Shown: piece after piece, positions 54,814-64,000 of the stretch
How positions within the stretch are numbered: position 1 is the first letter of the stretch
How the letters are laid out: each line of letters opens with the position of its first letter
NCBI GenBank assembly: GCA_963734545.1
Contig: CAVTHO010000005.1
Location: forward strand, 416,001 to 480,000
Reading direction: 5' to 3'
Source of the DNA: an uncultured Spirochaetota bacterium
GTDB lineage: Bacteria > Spirochaetota > Spirochaetia > SZUA-6 > Fen-1364
DNA length: 64,000 nt
Translations under genes and position numbers: made by a program
The notes under the pieces: model-generated
What the model saw: only the letters and a program-made list of their open reading frames with translations
Database searches by the model: none
Told to the model about the DNA's origin: nothing

Positions 54814-56063
54814 GTGGCTGACAAAACGCCGCCCGATACGGCTGCACCGGGCAGTCCGGGGCAGGGACCTCCGGCATCGCGGCTGTCTCCCTCATCGGGT
54901 TTCTGGGCATCTTCTCCACCACGATGTCGAAGAACCCCGTGCTGCCCCTGTTCGTAAAATCCCTGTCAGGGAACGACACAGTCATCGGCCTCATTGCGGC
55001 CATCTCGCCGCTGGCGGGCATCCTGTTCAGCTTTCCCGTCGGCATGCTCGCCGACCGTTGGGGAAAGAAGCGGCTGCTGCTGACAGCGGCATTCGTGTTC
55101 CTGCTTGCGCCGCTCCTGTACCTGCTCGTCTCGAATCCCTACTGGCTCATCCCTATCCGATTTTTTCACGGGATTGCCACGGCGATTCTCGGTCCCGTTG
55201 CCTCAGCCTTCATCGTGGGCGCGTACCCCGAGAGCAAAGGCGAAAAGCTGGGACTCTACTCCTCCGCCACGCTCATCGGCCGTACCCTCGCCCCGCTGCT
55301 CGGCGGCGCCATCATCAGCGCCTTCCTGTTCCTGGGCGGCAACCTGAGTTATCGCGCGGTCTACGCGGCGGCGTTCCTTCTCGGCATCCCGGTGCTCGTG
55401 CTCACCCTCACGCTGAAAGGCAGCGAACGCGAGGCGGTGAAGCAGCGACGTGAAAAGGCCGACGCTCGCCGATTTCGGGAGGAGCCTTGCCGATTTTGCG
55501 AGAAACAGACGGCTGTTCAGCACCTCGCTCGTGGAGATGGCAACCTACTTTGCATTCGGCTGTCTGGAGACCTATCTTCCCGTCCTCCTGTCCAGCCGGG
55601 GCGTGCCTGCCTACCAGATCGGACTGATCTTCTCCCTGCAGATTCTCGCCATCGCGCTGACAAAGCCCCTGTTCGGAAGGCTCGCGGACACGGTGGACCG
55701 AAGGATCCAGATCCTGTTCGGCATTGTCTTCCTGGCCGCTGTTCATCGCCGCCGCTCCCGCTCTTCAGGGGGACAATCGAGATCGCGGTCATCGGCGTCC
55801 TCTTCGGACTCGCCATGTCGGTGAGCACGGTCGCGACCAGCACCTACGTGGCCGACGTGGCGAAGCAGGAGAATCTCGGCGCCTCGCTCGGCGCGCTCAG
55901 CTCCATCATGGACATCGGCCATTCTTCCGGGCCGTTCGTTGCGGGTGTGGTCATCACGGCCACGACCATGGCGGGCGGCTTTCTCACCGCAGGGGTCGTC
56001 TGCGTCATTTCCGCCATACTGTTCGCCGCCTTCGCGCTCGGACGACAGGGGCAGCGCCCCTAA
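54814..56063 (+). CDS. MFS transporter (frameshifted)
   Basis: GMLADRWGKKR and GRLADTVDRR motif A; 12-TM pattern. Confidence 0.82.
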
Positions 56064-56125
56064 GTTGGCACGCGCCCGCTCGAAGTGATAATATCCCTCC
56101 CCTTGTAGAGTCAGGGAGGTTCGTC

Positions 56126-56884
56126 GTGGCCGAGGAGCTGAGGAAGTTCACCGCTGAGCAGCTGAAGGAGTTCAACGGTGAGAACGGGAAGCCGATCTAC
56201 ATCGCCTACAGAGAGCGGGTGATCGACGTGACGGGAAGCAAGATGTGGCGCGGCGGCTCGCACATGAAGAGGCACACCGCCGGCGCCGACCTGACCGCGG
56301 AAATCGCGCAGGCGCCGCACGGCATCGATGTGCTGGATCGATATCCCCAGGTGGGGATACTCATGCGCGACGTGCAGGAGCAGGCGAAGACGGAAATGGT
56401 GCCGGGCGCCCTGCCGCCCGCGCTGGAGAGGTTTCTCGCGCGCCATCCGTTCTTTCAGCGCCATCCCCATCCGATGACGGTCCATTTTCCGATAGTCTTC
56501 ATGATGTTCGCGCCGCTCTTCACGCTCCTGTACTTCGTGACCGGTCTGCAGGGGTTCGAGTTCACCGCGGTGACCTGCCTGGCAGGGGGTCTTCTCTTCT
56601 GCCTCGTGGTGATTCCGACGGGCTTCTTCACCTGGTGGGTCAATTACATGGCGCGTCCCCTCCGGCCCGTCACGGTCAAGATCGTTGTGTCTCTCGCGAT
56701 GTTCCTGGATGGGCTGGGGGCGCTGATCTGGCGCCTCCTCGACTCGACCGTGGTGACCCATGTCACCGGCCTGAATCTTCTCTACGTGATCATGATTCTC
56801 CTCCTCCTGCCCATGATAGTGGTCGTCGCTTCCTATGGCGCGATCCTGACATTTCCGCTGCACAAGGGCGAAAAGAGTCAGTAG
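56126..56884 (+). CDS. Cytochrome b5-like heme-binding domain fused to a DUF2231-like membrane domain
   Basis: GGAGG SD; FTAEQLKEFNG..DVTGS..WRGGSH..HTAGADLT..APHG; HPHPMTVHFPI plus 4 TM helices. Confidence 0.78.
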   Translation: MAEELRKFTAEQLKEFNGENGKPIYIAYRERVIDVTGSKMWRGGSHMKRHTAGADLTAEIAQAPHGIDVLDRYPQVGILMRDVQEQAKTEMVPGALPPALERFLARHPFFQRHPHPMTVHFPIVFMMFAPLFTLLYFVTGLQGFEFTAVTCLAGGLLFCLVVIPTGFFTWWVNYMARPLRPVTVKIVVSLAMFLDGLGALIWRLLDSTVVTHVTGLNLLYVIMILLLLPMIVVVASYGAILTFPLHKGEKSQ

Positions 56885-56903
56885 ATTGGTGACGGGATAC
56901 TCC

Positions 56904-58277
56904 ATGGGTGCTTTTCCCGAAACGGTGCTTCTCTCCCGGCTGCAATTCGGCATGACGACTCTCTACCACATGATCTGGCCCACTCTCTCCGTCGGCCTGA
57001 GCCTGGTGCTCGTCATCCTGGAGGTCGCGTGGCTCCGCACAAAAGACGTCGCGTACTATCGGCATCTTCGGTTCTGGAGCAGGCTTTTTCTTCTCAATTT
57101 CGCCATTGGAGTAGCGACAGGGCTCGTCATGGAGTTCCAGTTCGGGACGAACTGGGAGCGCTTCAGCGCGGCCACCGGAGGCTTCTTCGGCAACATCCTG
57201 GGACTCGAGGGGACCCTCGCTTTCATGCTCGAGGCGGGTTTCCTGGGAATCATGATGTTCGGCTGGGAAAAAGTGCCTCGCGGGCTGCACCTGCTCTCCA
57301 CGATCCTGGTGGCCTTCGGCGCTTCCCTGTCCGCTTTCTGGATCCTGGTGGCCAACTCGTGGATGCAGACGCCCGCGGGGGGCCACTTCGAGAATGGGCG
57401 CTTCGTGGTGGACGATTTTGCCGGCGCCCTCTTCAACTCAGACATGGTGAGCTCCACCATGCACATGTGGGCGGCATGTATCGAGACCACCGCATTCGTC
57501 GTGGGCGGGATCAGCGCCGCGTACATCCTGAGAAAAAGGGAAGCTGAGTTCTTCATCAAGACGCTCAAGCTCGCCGTTGTGATGGCGATTGTGGTGACGC
57601 CGTTGCAGATCTTTCTCGGCGATGCGCAGGGCATACACATCGGCCGCACGCAGCCGGAGAAGCTCGCCGCGGTGGAGTCCCATTGGGAGACGAATCCGCC
57701 GGGAGTTTCGGCCTCGTTCAACATCCTGGCCTGGCCGGACAGGAGCGGGGAGCGCAACCTCGTGGAGATAAAGGTCCCGTATCTTCTCAGCCTGCTGGAG
57801 ACACGGTCCCTCACGGGCCAGGTGAGAGGCTTGAGAGAGTTCCCCCCGGAGAATCGCCCGCCCATCGTGGTCCCGTTCTATTCATTTCGAATCATGGTGC
57901 TGATCGGGTTCATCCTTTTCGCCGTGATGATCTGGACAGTCGTGGTCTGGCTGCGGGGAGGGCTCGCGGCCGGGAACGTCCGATCGCATCCCTGGCTCCT
58001 GAGGGCCTGGACGTGGTCACTGCCGCTGGGCTACGTCGCGGTGGAAACGGGGTGGCTCACCCGGGAGATCGGAAGGCAGCCCTGGATCATCTATCACGTG
58101 CTGCGCACCGAGGACGCCGCGAGCAGCCTCCCCTCCTGGGCGGTGATCGTTTCCTTTTTCGGACTGCTTGCCGTATACGCGCTGCTGAGCGTTTTCTTCC
58201 TCATCTACGTGAGGCGGCTGCTCCGAAAGGGGCCTGACCTTTCCCTCCTGCCTTCCTCCTTCCCGAAGGGCGCGTGA
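56904..58277 (+). CDS. cydA: Cytochrome bd oxidase subunit I
   Basis: SRLQF..H, MEFQFGTNW, ANSWMQTP, QPEKLAAVE, EIGRQPW. Confidence 0.95.
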   Translation: MGAFPETVLLSRLQFGMTTLYHMIWPTLSVGLSLVLVILEVAWLRTKDVAYYRHLRFWSRLFLLNFAIGVATGLVMEFQFGTNWERFSAATGGFFGNILGLEGTLAFMLEAGFLGIMMFGWEKVPRGLHLLSTILVAFGASLSAFWILVANSWMQTPAGGHFENGRFVVDDFAGALFNSDMVSSTMHMWAACIETTAFVVGGISAAYILRKREAEFFIKTLKLAVVMAIVVTPLQIFLGDAQGIHIGRTQPEKLAAVESHWETNPPGVSASFNILAWPDRSGERNLVEIKVPYLLSLLETRSLTGQVRGLREFPPENRPPIVVPFYSFRIMVLIGFILFAVMIWTVVVWLRGGLAAGNVRSHPWLLRAWTWSLPLGYVAVETGWLTREIGRQPWIIYHVLRTEDAASSLPSWAVIVSFFGLLAVYALLSVFFLIYVRRLLRKGPDLSLLPSSFPKGA

Positions 58278-58278
58278 A

Positions 58279-59286
58279 ATGGAGCAGGCGTATCTTCCGG
58301 CAATCTGGTTCGCGATCCTCGGATTCATCCTCGTGCTGTACACGATGCTGGACGGCTTCGATCTTGGTGTCGGCATCATCTCGATCTTCATGAGGGACGA
58401 GCACAGCCGCGGCATTCTCATGGGCAGTCTCGGCAGCATCTGGGACGCCAACGAGACATGGCTCGTTCTTTTCGGCGGGATCATATTCGGCGCGTTTCCC
58501 ACGGTCTACGGCATGGTCATGTCGGCGCTCTACCTGCCGCTCGTCCTCATGCTCCTGGGGCTGATATTCCGTGCGGTTTCATTCGAGTTCCGCGCACACG
58601 CCACACGCAAGAGGCCGTGGAGCCTCGCGTTCGGCTGGGGGAGCCTTGCCGCGGCTGCAAGCCAGGGCCTCGCCTTCGGCGGCCTGCTCTGGGGCATCGA
58701 GATCACGGACGGCAGATATCTCGGCGGGGTGATGGACTGGCTGTCGCCTTTCTCCTGTCTCACGGCGATAGCGGTGCTGGGGGGCTACGTCATGTTCGGC
58801 TCCACCTTCCTCATCATGAAGACCAGCGGCGCCATTGCCGCATTTGCCCGGCGCAGCGCGATTGCGGGCGCGGCGGTTGCCGCCGCGTGCGCCATTGCCG
58901 ACACGCTGCTCGCCGTGTCGAAATACCCGTCGCTCAGGGACAAGTGGCTCGTATTCCCGGGATTTCTCCTGACCGTTGTGCCGTTCGCCCTCGGAGTGGC
59001 CGCATTCCTTGCCATGCTCCGTGCAATAGCGACCAGGCGCGAGCGGCTTCCCTTTTTCTGCGCGCTTGCATTCGCTTTTTTCGGCTATGTCGCTCTTTCG
59101 GTGAACTATTTCCCGATCATCGTGCCGCCGTCTGTCACCGTGTACGAAGCTGCGGCGCAGCCCCTGACGCTGCGTGCCATGCTTGTTGCCGTGGGCATCG
59201 CGCTGCCCATCCTGCTTGCCTACAATTTCTTCCAGTACTGGGTGTTCCGGGGCAAGACCACGAAGAGCGGATACGAGGAAGAATAG
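58279..59286 (+). CDS. cydB: Cytochrome bd oxidase subunit II
   Basis: LDGFDLGVG, WDANETWLV, RAVSFEFR, YWVFRGK. Confidence 0.95.
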   Translation: MEQAYLPAIWFAILGFILVLYTMLDGFDLGVGIISIFMRDEHSRGILMGSLGSIWDANETWLVLFGGIIFGAFPTVYGMVMSALYLPLVLMLLGLIFRAVSFEFRAHATRKRPWSLAFGWGSLAAAASQGLAFGGLLWGIEITDGRYLGGVMDWLSPFSCLTAIAVLGGYVMFGSTFLIMKTSGAIAAFARRSAIAGAAVAAACAIADTLLAVSKYPSLRDKWLVFPGFLLTVVPFALGVAAFLAMLRAIATRRERLPFFCALAFAFFGYVALSVNYFPIIVPPSVTVYEAAAQPLTLRAMLVAVGIALPILLAYNFFQYWVFRGKTTKSGYEEE

Positions 59287-59322
59287 AATACTGCGCGCGC
59301 TGCCGCGTAGGAACGGTACAGG

Positions 59323-60249
59323 CTACCGGGCAAGGACCAGCCGCAGGATCGGGAACAAGTCGCTCCACTGCGCGCCCCCTTCCAGGGCAATCCGCGCGGC
59401 TTGCGGAGCAGCGGCAAGCGCCACCAGGGCCGCGATCTCCGCAATTTCTATTGACGCGCCCAGGACATCCCCCGTGCATCCCCCGATCCTGTTCCACGAA
59501 ATCCTCCAGAAGACAGCCAGCACGAGAAACGCGGCCAGGATGGGAATGGGAAGCAGAATTGCCGAGGCCGCAGCCACGCACACGGCAAGCCCGATCAGTC
59601 CGGGCGACAGCGACGGACGCGCGGGAAGGATGCCCGTCCCGGTTCTGACATAAGGGAGCATTCTCATCGCAAGGACTGCCGCCGTGCGGGAGAACATGGA
59701 AATCACGGGGAGCCCGGCAAGGATGAAGAGACCAGGAAGCGAGCTCAGGGCCGCATAGCGGGCCAGGAGAGAGAGGCCGATGGCTGCCCCACCCATGGTG
59801 CCGATCCGCGGGTCCTTAAGTATGCGCAGGGTCACTGTCCGGGATCTCTTCCCGTAGAAGGCGTCGGCGCAGTCTGCCAGCCCGTCCAGGTGGAGTGCTC
59901 CGGTGAGGAGCAAAGAGGCAGCGATCAGGACCACGGCCGACAGGGAAGCGGAAAAGATCAGCGCCGCCGCGAGGTAGGTGAATGAGAGAAGCGCCCCGAT
60001 CAGGAGACCCGCGGCGGGGTATGCGGCGAACATCCCGCCTTCCCGCCTGCTCTGCAGCGATTCCGGTATGGGGATGATGGTGAGAAATGCGAGCGCTGAA
60101 AAAAGGCGGGGCAGAATCCGCCGTGTATGTCGGCGCAGAATCCGTCGGGTACGGCGTACTCGCCGAACGGGTACGGCCTTCGGGCCGAGCGGGTACTCCC
60201 GCACTCCCGTACGGCGGGGCAGAATCCGTCGTGTGCGTCGGCGCATCAT
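59323..60249 (-). CDS. cobS: Cobalamin synthase (with repetitive N-terminal extension)
   Basis: [36 protein letters not shown]. Confidence 0.92.
   Translation of the reverse strand: MMRRRTRRILPRRTGVREYPLGPKAVPVRRVRRTRRILRRHTRRILPRLFSALAFLTIIPIPESLQSRREGGMFAAYPAAGLLIGALLSFTYLAAALIFSASLSAVVLIAASLLLTGALHLDGLADCADAFYGKRSRTVTLRILKDPRIGTMGGAAIGLSLLARYAALSSLPGLFILAGLPVISMFSRTAAVLAMRMLPYVRTGTGILPARPSLSPGLIGLAVCVAAASAILLPIPILAAFLVLAVFWRISWNRIGGCTGDVLGASIEIAEIAALVALAAAPQAARIALEGGAQWSDLFPILRLVLAR
60105..60245. repeat. 33-bp imperfect direct repeats flanking a GTAC-hairpin segment in the cobS 5' end
   Basis: 60105-60137 and 60213-60245 differ at 3 positions; internal GGGTACGGCGTAC and GCGGG-TACT-CCCGC. 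Confidence 0.7.
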
Positions 60250-61300
60250 CCTGCGCTCACGCCCGCCTCAGCGAACGTGGCCATCTCCCTGATCACCTTC
60301 GCGCCCGCCTCGATGATGGGCATTGCCAGAGCGCACCCCGTCCCTTCTCCCAGGCGCATGCCGAGGTCGAGGATCGGGTCGAGACCCATGCGGGCGAGCA
60401 TGGCGGCCTGTGCCTGCTCCACCGACCGGTGAGCCGCGAAGATGTATCCCGTGAGCCTCGGTTCGATCAGCCAGGCGATCATGGCGCCTGCCGCGGAGAT
60501 TACCCCGTCGATGACGACGGGAATTCGACTTTCGGCAGCGCCCAGCACGAGGCCCGCGATCCCGCCTATCTCGAAACCGCCGACCTTGGAGAGGATGTCA
60601 ACCGGATCATTCGGATCAGGATGGTTCGTTGCGATGCTCTCCACGATGACCTGGATCTTGTGCGCGAGTCCGGCGTCGTCGATTCCGGTTCCTCGCCCCG
60701 TGAGCGCGGCCACGGGAAGACCTGTGGCCAGCGCGGCGATTGCGGTGGAGGGAGTGGTGTTGCCTATGCCCATGTCGCCGGTGCCCAGCATGCGGACGCC
60801 CTCCGCCGCAAGGCTGCGCGCGATGCCTGCTCCGCGTGCGATGCACTGCAGCGCCTGCTCCCTGGTCATTGCAGGCCCCGGCGCATGTTGGCCGTCCCCG
60901 GCGCGAGCTTTGCGTCGATCAGCGCGCCTGCGGCGACGAGGTCGGAAAGATCGGCGCGGCAGCCCATGTCGACGATCCGCACTTCGATGCCCGCATGCCG
61001 ACCCAGCACGTTGATGCCGGCTATACCGGCAGCGAAGCCGCGCACCATCTGGCCCGTGACCTCGGAAGGGTAGGCGCTCACTCCCTCCGCGGTGACTCCG
61101 TGATCTCCCGCCATGACGACAATCATCTTCCGCCCGAGATCCATGGAATCAAAACCAGTGATCCCCGCGACCTTTTCACCCAGCGTCAGGAGCCCACCGA
61201 GAGCGCGCCGGGGCATCAGGAGGTTGTCGGCGCGCGCCGCCGCTCTCGCCCTGCTCTCCGCGTCGATGTCCGCGATCCGGACGTCTGCAGTCTCACCCAT
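60246..61300 (-). CDS. cobT: Nicotinate-nucleotide DMB phosphoribosyltransferase (frameshift near 60880)
   Basis: [42 protein letters not shown]. Confidence 0.92.
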
Positions 61301-61855
61301 TCATGCCCGTCCTTCCTGCGGCTTTATGCGGATCGGTATGCCCGCGACCATGGAATAGACCTCGTCGGCCTCGCGCGCAATCACCTGGTTGGCCCTTCCG
61401 GCACAGTCGCGGAACCGACGCGAGAGAGCGTTGTCCGGCACGATGCCGGAGCCCACCTCATTTGTCACCACGATAACCGCGCCGTTGGCGCCGCCTGCGG
61501 ATTCAGCGGCGCGCACCCCGGAGACCAGCACGCCGGCATGGACGGCGGCCGATCCCTCGTCGAAGCTGTCGTCCCCCAGGAGCATGTTGGCCATCCAGAC
61601 CGTTACGCAGTCCACGATGACCGTGCGCGCGCTCCGCAGCGCGTCGGCCAGCGCGTCCGGCACGTGAATGGGCTCTTCCCGCAATTCCCACCCCGCCGGC
61701 CGGTCCCGCTGGTGCGCGGCGATGCGCCGCGCCATCTCGTCGTCCAACGGCTGCGCGGTTGCCAGGAAGATCCGCGGCCCTTCGAATCGCCGTGCCAGCT
61801 CCAGGGCGAATCCCGACTTGCCGCTCCTGCTCCCCCCTGTGACAAGAATCAGCAC
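61301..61855 (-). CDS. cobU: Adenosylcobinamide kinase/guanylyltransferase
   Basis: TGGSRSGKS, EMARRIAAHQ..R, DCVTVW, VTNEVGSGIVP, FRD. Confidence 0.93.
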   Translation of the reverse strand: MLILVTGGSRSGKSGFALELARRFEGPRIFLATAQPLDDEMARRIAAHQRDRPAGWELREEPIHVPDALADALRSARTVIVDCVTVWMANMLLGDDSFDEGSAAVHAGVLVSGVRAAESAGGANGAVIVVTNEVGSGIVPDNALSRRFRDCAGRANQVIAREADEVYSMVAGIPIRIKPQEGRA

Positions 61856-61877
61856 TTCGGATTCCTTTCGACGCCGC

Positions 61878-62823
61878 TCAGGGAAAAAGCTCCGGATACG
61901 CCTTCTGCGCCAGCCATTCGACTGCCGAGGCAACGTACTGCGACGTGGTGCTCTTGAGCTTTTCAGGCATCATGAATACCCTGCCGTTCCTCACAGCAGC
62001 GAGACCGCGAAACGCCGGATCCCGGGTGAGCTGGGAAAGGAACGCGGACGCCCCGTCGGGATCTCCGTACACCCAGCCGGGAAGAACGAGGATGTCGGGG
62101 TCGATCTGGAGGATCTTCTCTTTCGAAAGGGGGACCTGTCCCCATTGGTCCGGCGCGAGCCCCGCCACGGCGTTCACGAGTCCCGCGCGCCTGATGATCT
62201 CGTCCCACGAGCTGCCCCCGCCCTGCGCGGAACCCCACGTGGCGTAGTCCATCACCCGTGCGCGTCTTTCCGGTGGCGAGCCGGGACACCCTCTCTGACA
62301 CGACCCGAAGCTGCTCCTCCATCCGCGCAATGATCCGCCGCCCCTTCTCCTGCGCACCCGTCATCATCGCCAGTTTCTCGATCTTCTCTTCGATGGAAGA
62401 AACCGAGACCCCGCTGGCCATCAGGTAGACCGCCACGCCGGCGTCCCTCATCTGTCTCACGGGGGCCGGGTCGCTCCAGTTGGCCACAAGGACGAGGTCG
62501 GGCCTGAGCGAAATGATGGTCTCCACGTTCTGGGTGAGCCTGTGGGGGATGTCGGCCGCCAGGTCTGCCACGTTCGAGATCTGGCTGTCCGCGGCGAACG
62601 TGGTGACGGCGATGAGGCGCGACGTGTCCACGAGGGAGAGCAGGATTTCGTCGGTTGCCAGTGTCTGGGAAACGATCCGGACCGGCGGCGCGGCGAGGAC
62701 AACGGTGTTTCCCGCGTCGTCGACGACCGTGAGCGGATAGCGCGTTTGTTGAAGCGGCGCGGCAGGGAGCACCGCGATGACGAGGATGCCGAGGGCGATG
62801 GGATAGATCAGGCGGGCTCTCAT
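61878..62823 (-). CDS. BtuF-like corrinoid/Fe-siderophore ABC substrate-binding protein (frameshift near 62270)
   Basis: YPLTVVDDAG, RIVSQ..DEIL, ETIISLRPDLV, EKILQIDPD, AVRNGRV; cob gene context. Confidence 0.8.
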
Positions 62824-62884
62824 TGCGGCGATCTCTGGGCGTTCACAGGGGTATATCGGATTTTTGCCGGCGGGTCAATTCATC

Positions 62885-62913
62885 TTGACCCCCGGGCCGC
62901 CGGGACGTACTTT
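62885..62913 (+). promoter_or_regulatory. Putative metE promoter
   Basis: TTGACC, 17-bp spacer, TACTTT; 14 bp before the ATG. Confidence 0.5.
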
Positions 62914-62927
62914 CAAGGCACCACACT

Positions 62928-64000
62928 ATGGTACGCACATCGATCCTGGGCTATCCGCGCATGGGGCCGGCCCGAGAACTCAAAAAGGCCCTCGAGAAGT
63001 ACTGGTCGTCACAGAGCGACGAGCGCGCGCTTTTGAACGAAGCGGCGCGCGTCCGCGGGCTGCACTGGAAAGCGCAGGCGGCCGCCGGCATCGACTTCAT
63101 CCCATCGGGAGATTTCTCCCTCTACGACCACGTGCTGGATACCGCCGCCATGCTCGGCGCGTTTCCCGAGCGGTACGGTTCATCGGGCGAGGCGGTGTCG
63201 CTCTCCTCATATTTCGCCATGGCCCGGGGGAGCCAGGCGGCAGGCCGGGATCTTCCGGCACTGGAAATGACCAAGTGGTTCGACACCAACTATCATTACA
63301 TAGTTCCCGAGATCGACGCCCGGCAGCGCTTCCGTCTGTCTTTCACCCAGACGATCGACCATTTCGAGGAAGCCCGGGCAATGGGCGTGCGCACCCGGCC
63401 CGTCCTTCTGGGCCCTGTCACCTTCCTGTCGCTCGCCAAGCCGGCAGACGGAAAGACAGACCCCCTTTCGCTTCTGGAGGGAGTGCTTCCGGTCTACGAG
63501 CAGGCGCTTGCGCGCCTGGCCGGTCTGGGCGCCGGCTGGGTGCAGATGGATGAGCCGATCCTTGTGACCGATCTGGGTGAGCCGGCCCGCCAGGCGTTTC
63601 AGCGCGCGTACGCACGCCTCGGGAATATCGCCGGGCTTTCGATCATGCTCGCCACCTACTTCGGTGATCTGCGTGAGAACCTCGACCTGGTGCTGGGATC
63701 GCCCCTTGCAGGCCTGCACGTCGATCTCGTGAGGGGGCCGAAGCAGGGCGAGGAGATACTGTCCAGGAAGCCGAAAGAGCTCGTGCTCTCGCTCGGCCTC
63801 GTGGACGGCCGCAATATCTGGAAAGCGGATCTCGAGCAGGCAATCCGCAGCGCCGAGCGCTTTGTGAGCGCATTCGGCGCCGAGCGGGTGATCGTGGCGC
63901 CTTCCTGCTCTCTCCTTCACTGCCCGGAAGACCTGTCCCTGGAGACGGAGCTCGACCCAGAGCTTCTGAGCTGGATGGCATTCGCCCGGCAGAAGGCAAC
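62928..64000 (+). CDS. metE: Cobalamin-independent methionine synthase (cut by the window edge; absent from the ORF track)
   Basis: Hand translation: MVRTSILGYPRMG..RELKKALEKYW, DFSLYDHVLD, EMTKWFDTNYHYIVPE, VQMDEP, VDGRNIW, PSCSLLH. Confidence 0.95.
   Translation, partial: MVRTSILGYPRMGPARELKKALEKYWSSQSDERALLNEAARVRGLHWKAQAAAGIDFIPSGDFSLYDHVLDTAAMLGAFPERYGSSGEAVSLSSYFAMARGSQAAGRDLPALEMTKWFDTNYHYIVPEIDARQRFRLSFTQTIDHFEEARAMGVRTRPVLLGPVTFLSLAKPADGKTDPLSLLEGVLPVYEQALARLAGLGAGWVQMDEPILVTDLGEPARQAFQRAYARLGNIAGLSIMLATYFGDLRENLDLVLGSPLAGLHVDLVRGPKQGEEILSRKPKELVLSLGLVDGRNIWKADLEQAIRSAERFVSAFGAERVIVAPSCSLLHCPEDLSLETELDPELLSWMAFARQKA

Noticed and set aside
60105-60245. CRISPR-like repeat-spacer pattern
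   Set aside because: Only two long imperfect repeats, lying inside a coding frame, with no cas genes
62824-62927. Cobalamin riboswitch
   Set aside because: The gap is too short and no B12-box was recognised

Overview
High-GC bacterial chromosomal window with about 50 protein genes. No rRNA, tRNA, CRISPR array or transposase was recognised. Spirochaete-like signal peptides (..FALGARE.., ..LTIACPNP..) suggest Spirochaetia, but this is inference. From left to right: a double-length UvrA; an OmpR-type two-component pair upstream of dipZ-msrAB; a block of mixed enzymes; a TetR/TolC/RND/MFP/ABC efflux operon; a ferritin-like/VIT1 fusion; an orphan TRAP QM permease; kdpFABC-(ankyrin)-kdpDE; a class III cyclase; a Rex-boxed trimeric [FeFe]-hydrogenase followed by an H-cluster/histidine-kinase fusion and a phosphorelay; cytochrome b5-DUF2231 plus cydAB; cobinamide salvage genes divergent from metE. 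About 15 genes carry apparent single-base frameshifts, most likely read errors. The most interesting signals are (1) the putative H2-sensing kinase relay lying between a bifurcating hydrogenase and a bd oxidase, (2) a modular GTAG-bounded palindromic repeat family with covarying stems that overlaps stop codons and an SD and has relatives inserted in frame in genes, and (3) an exported ankyrin protein translationally coupled inside the kdp operon. All calls come from motif reading by eye; no database search was run.
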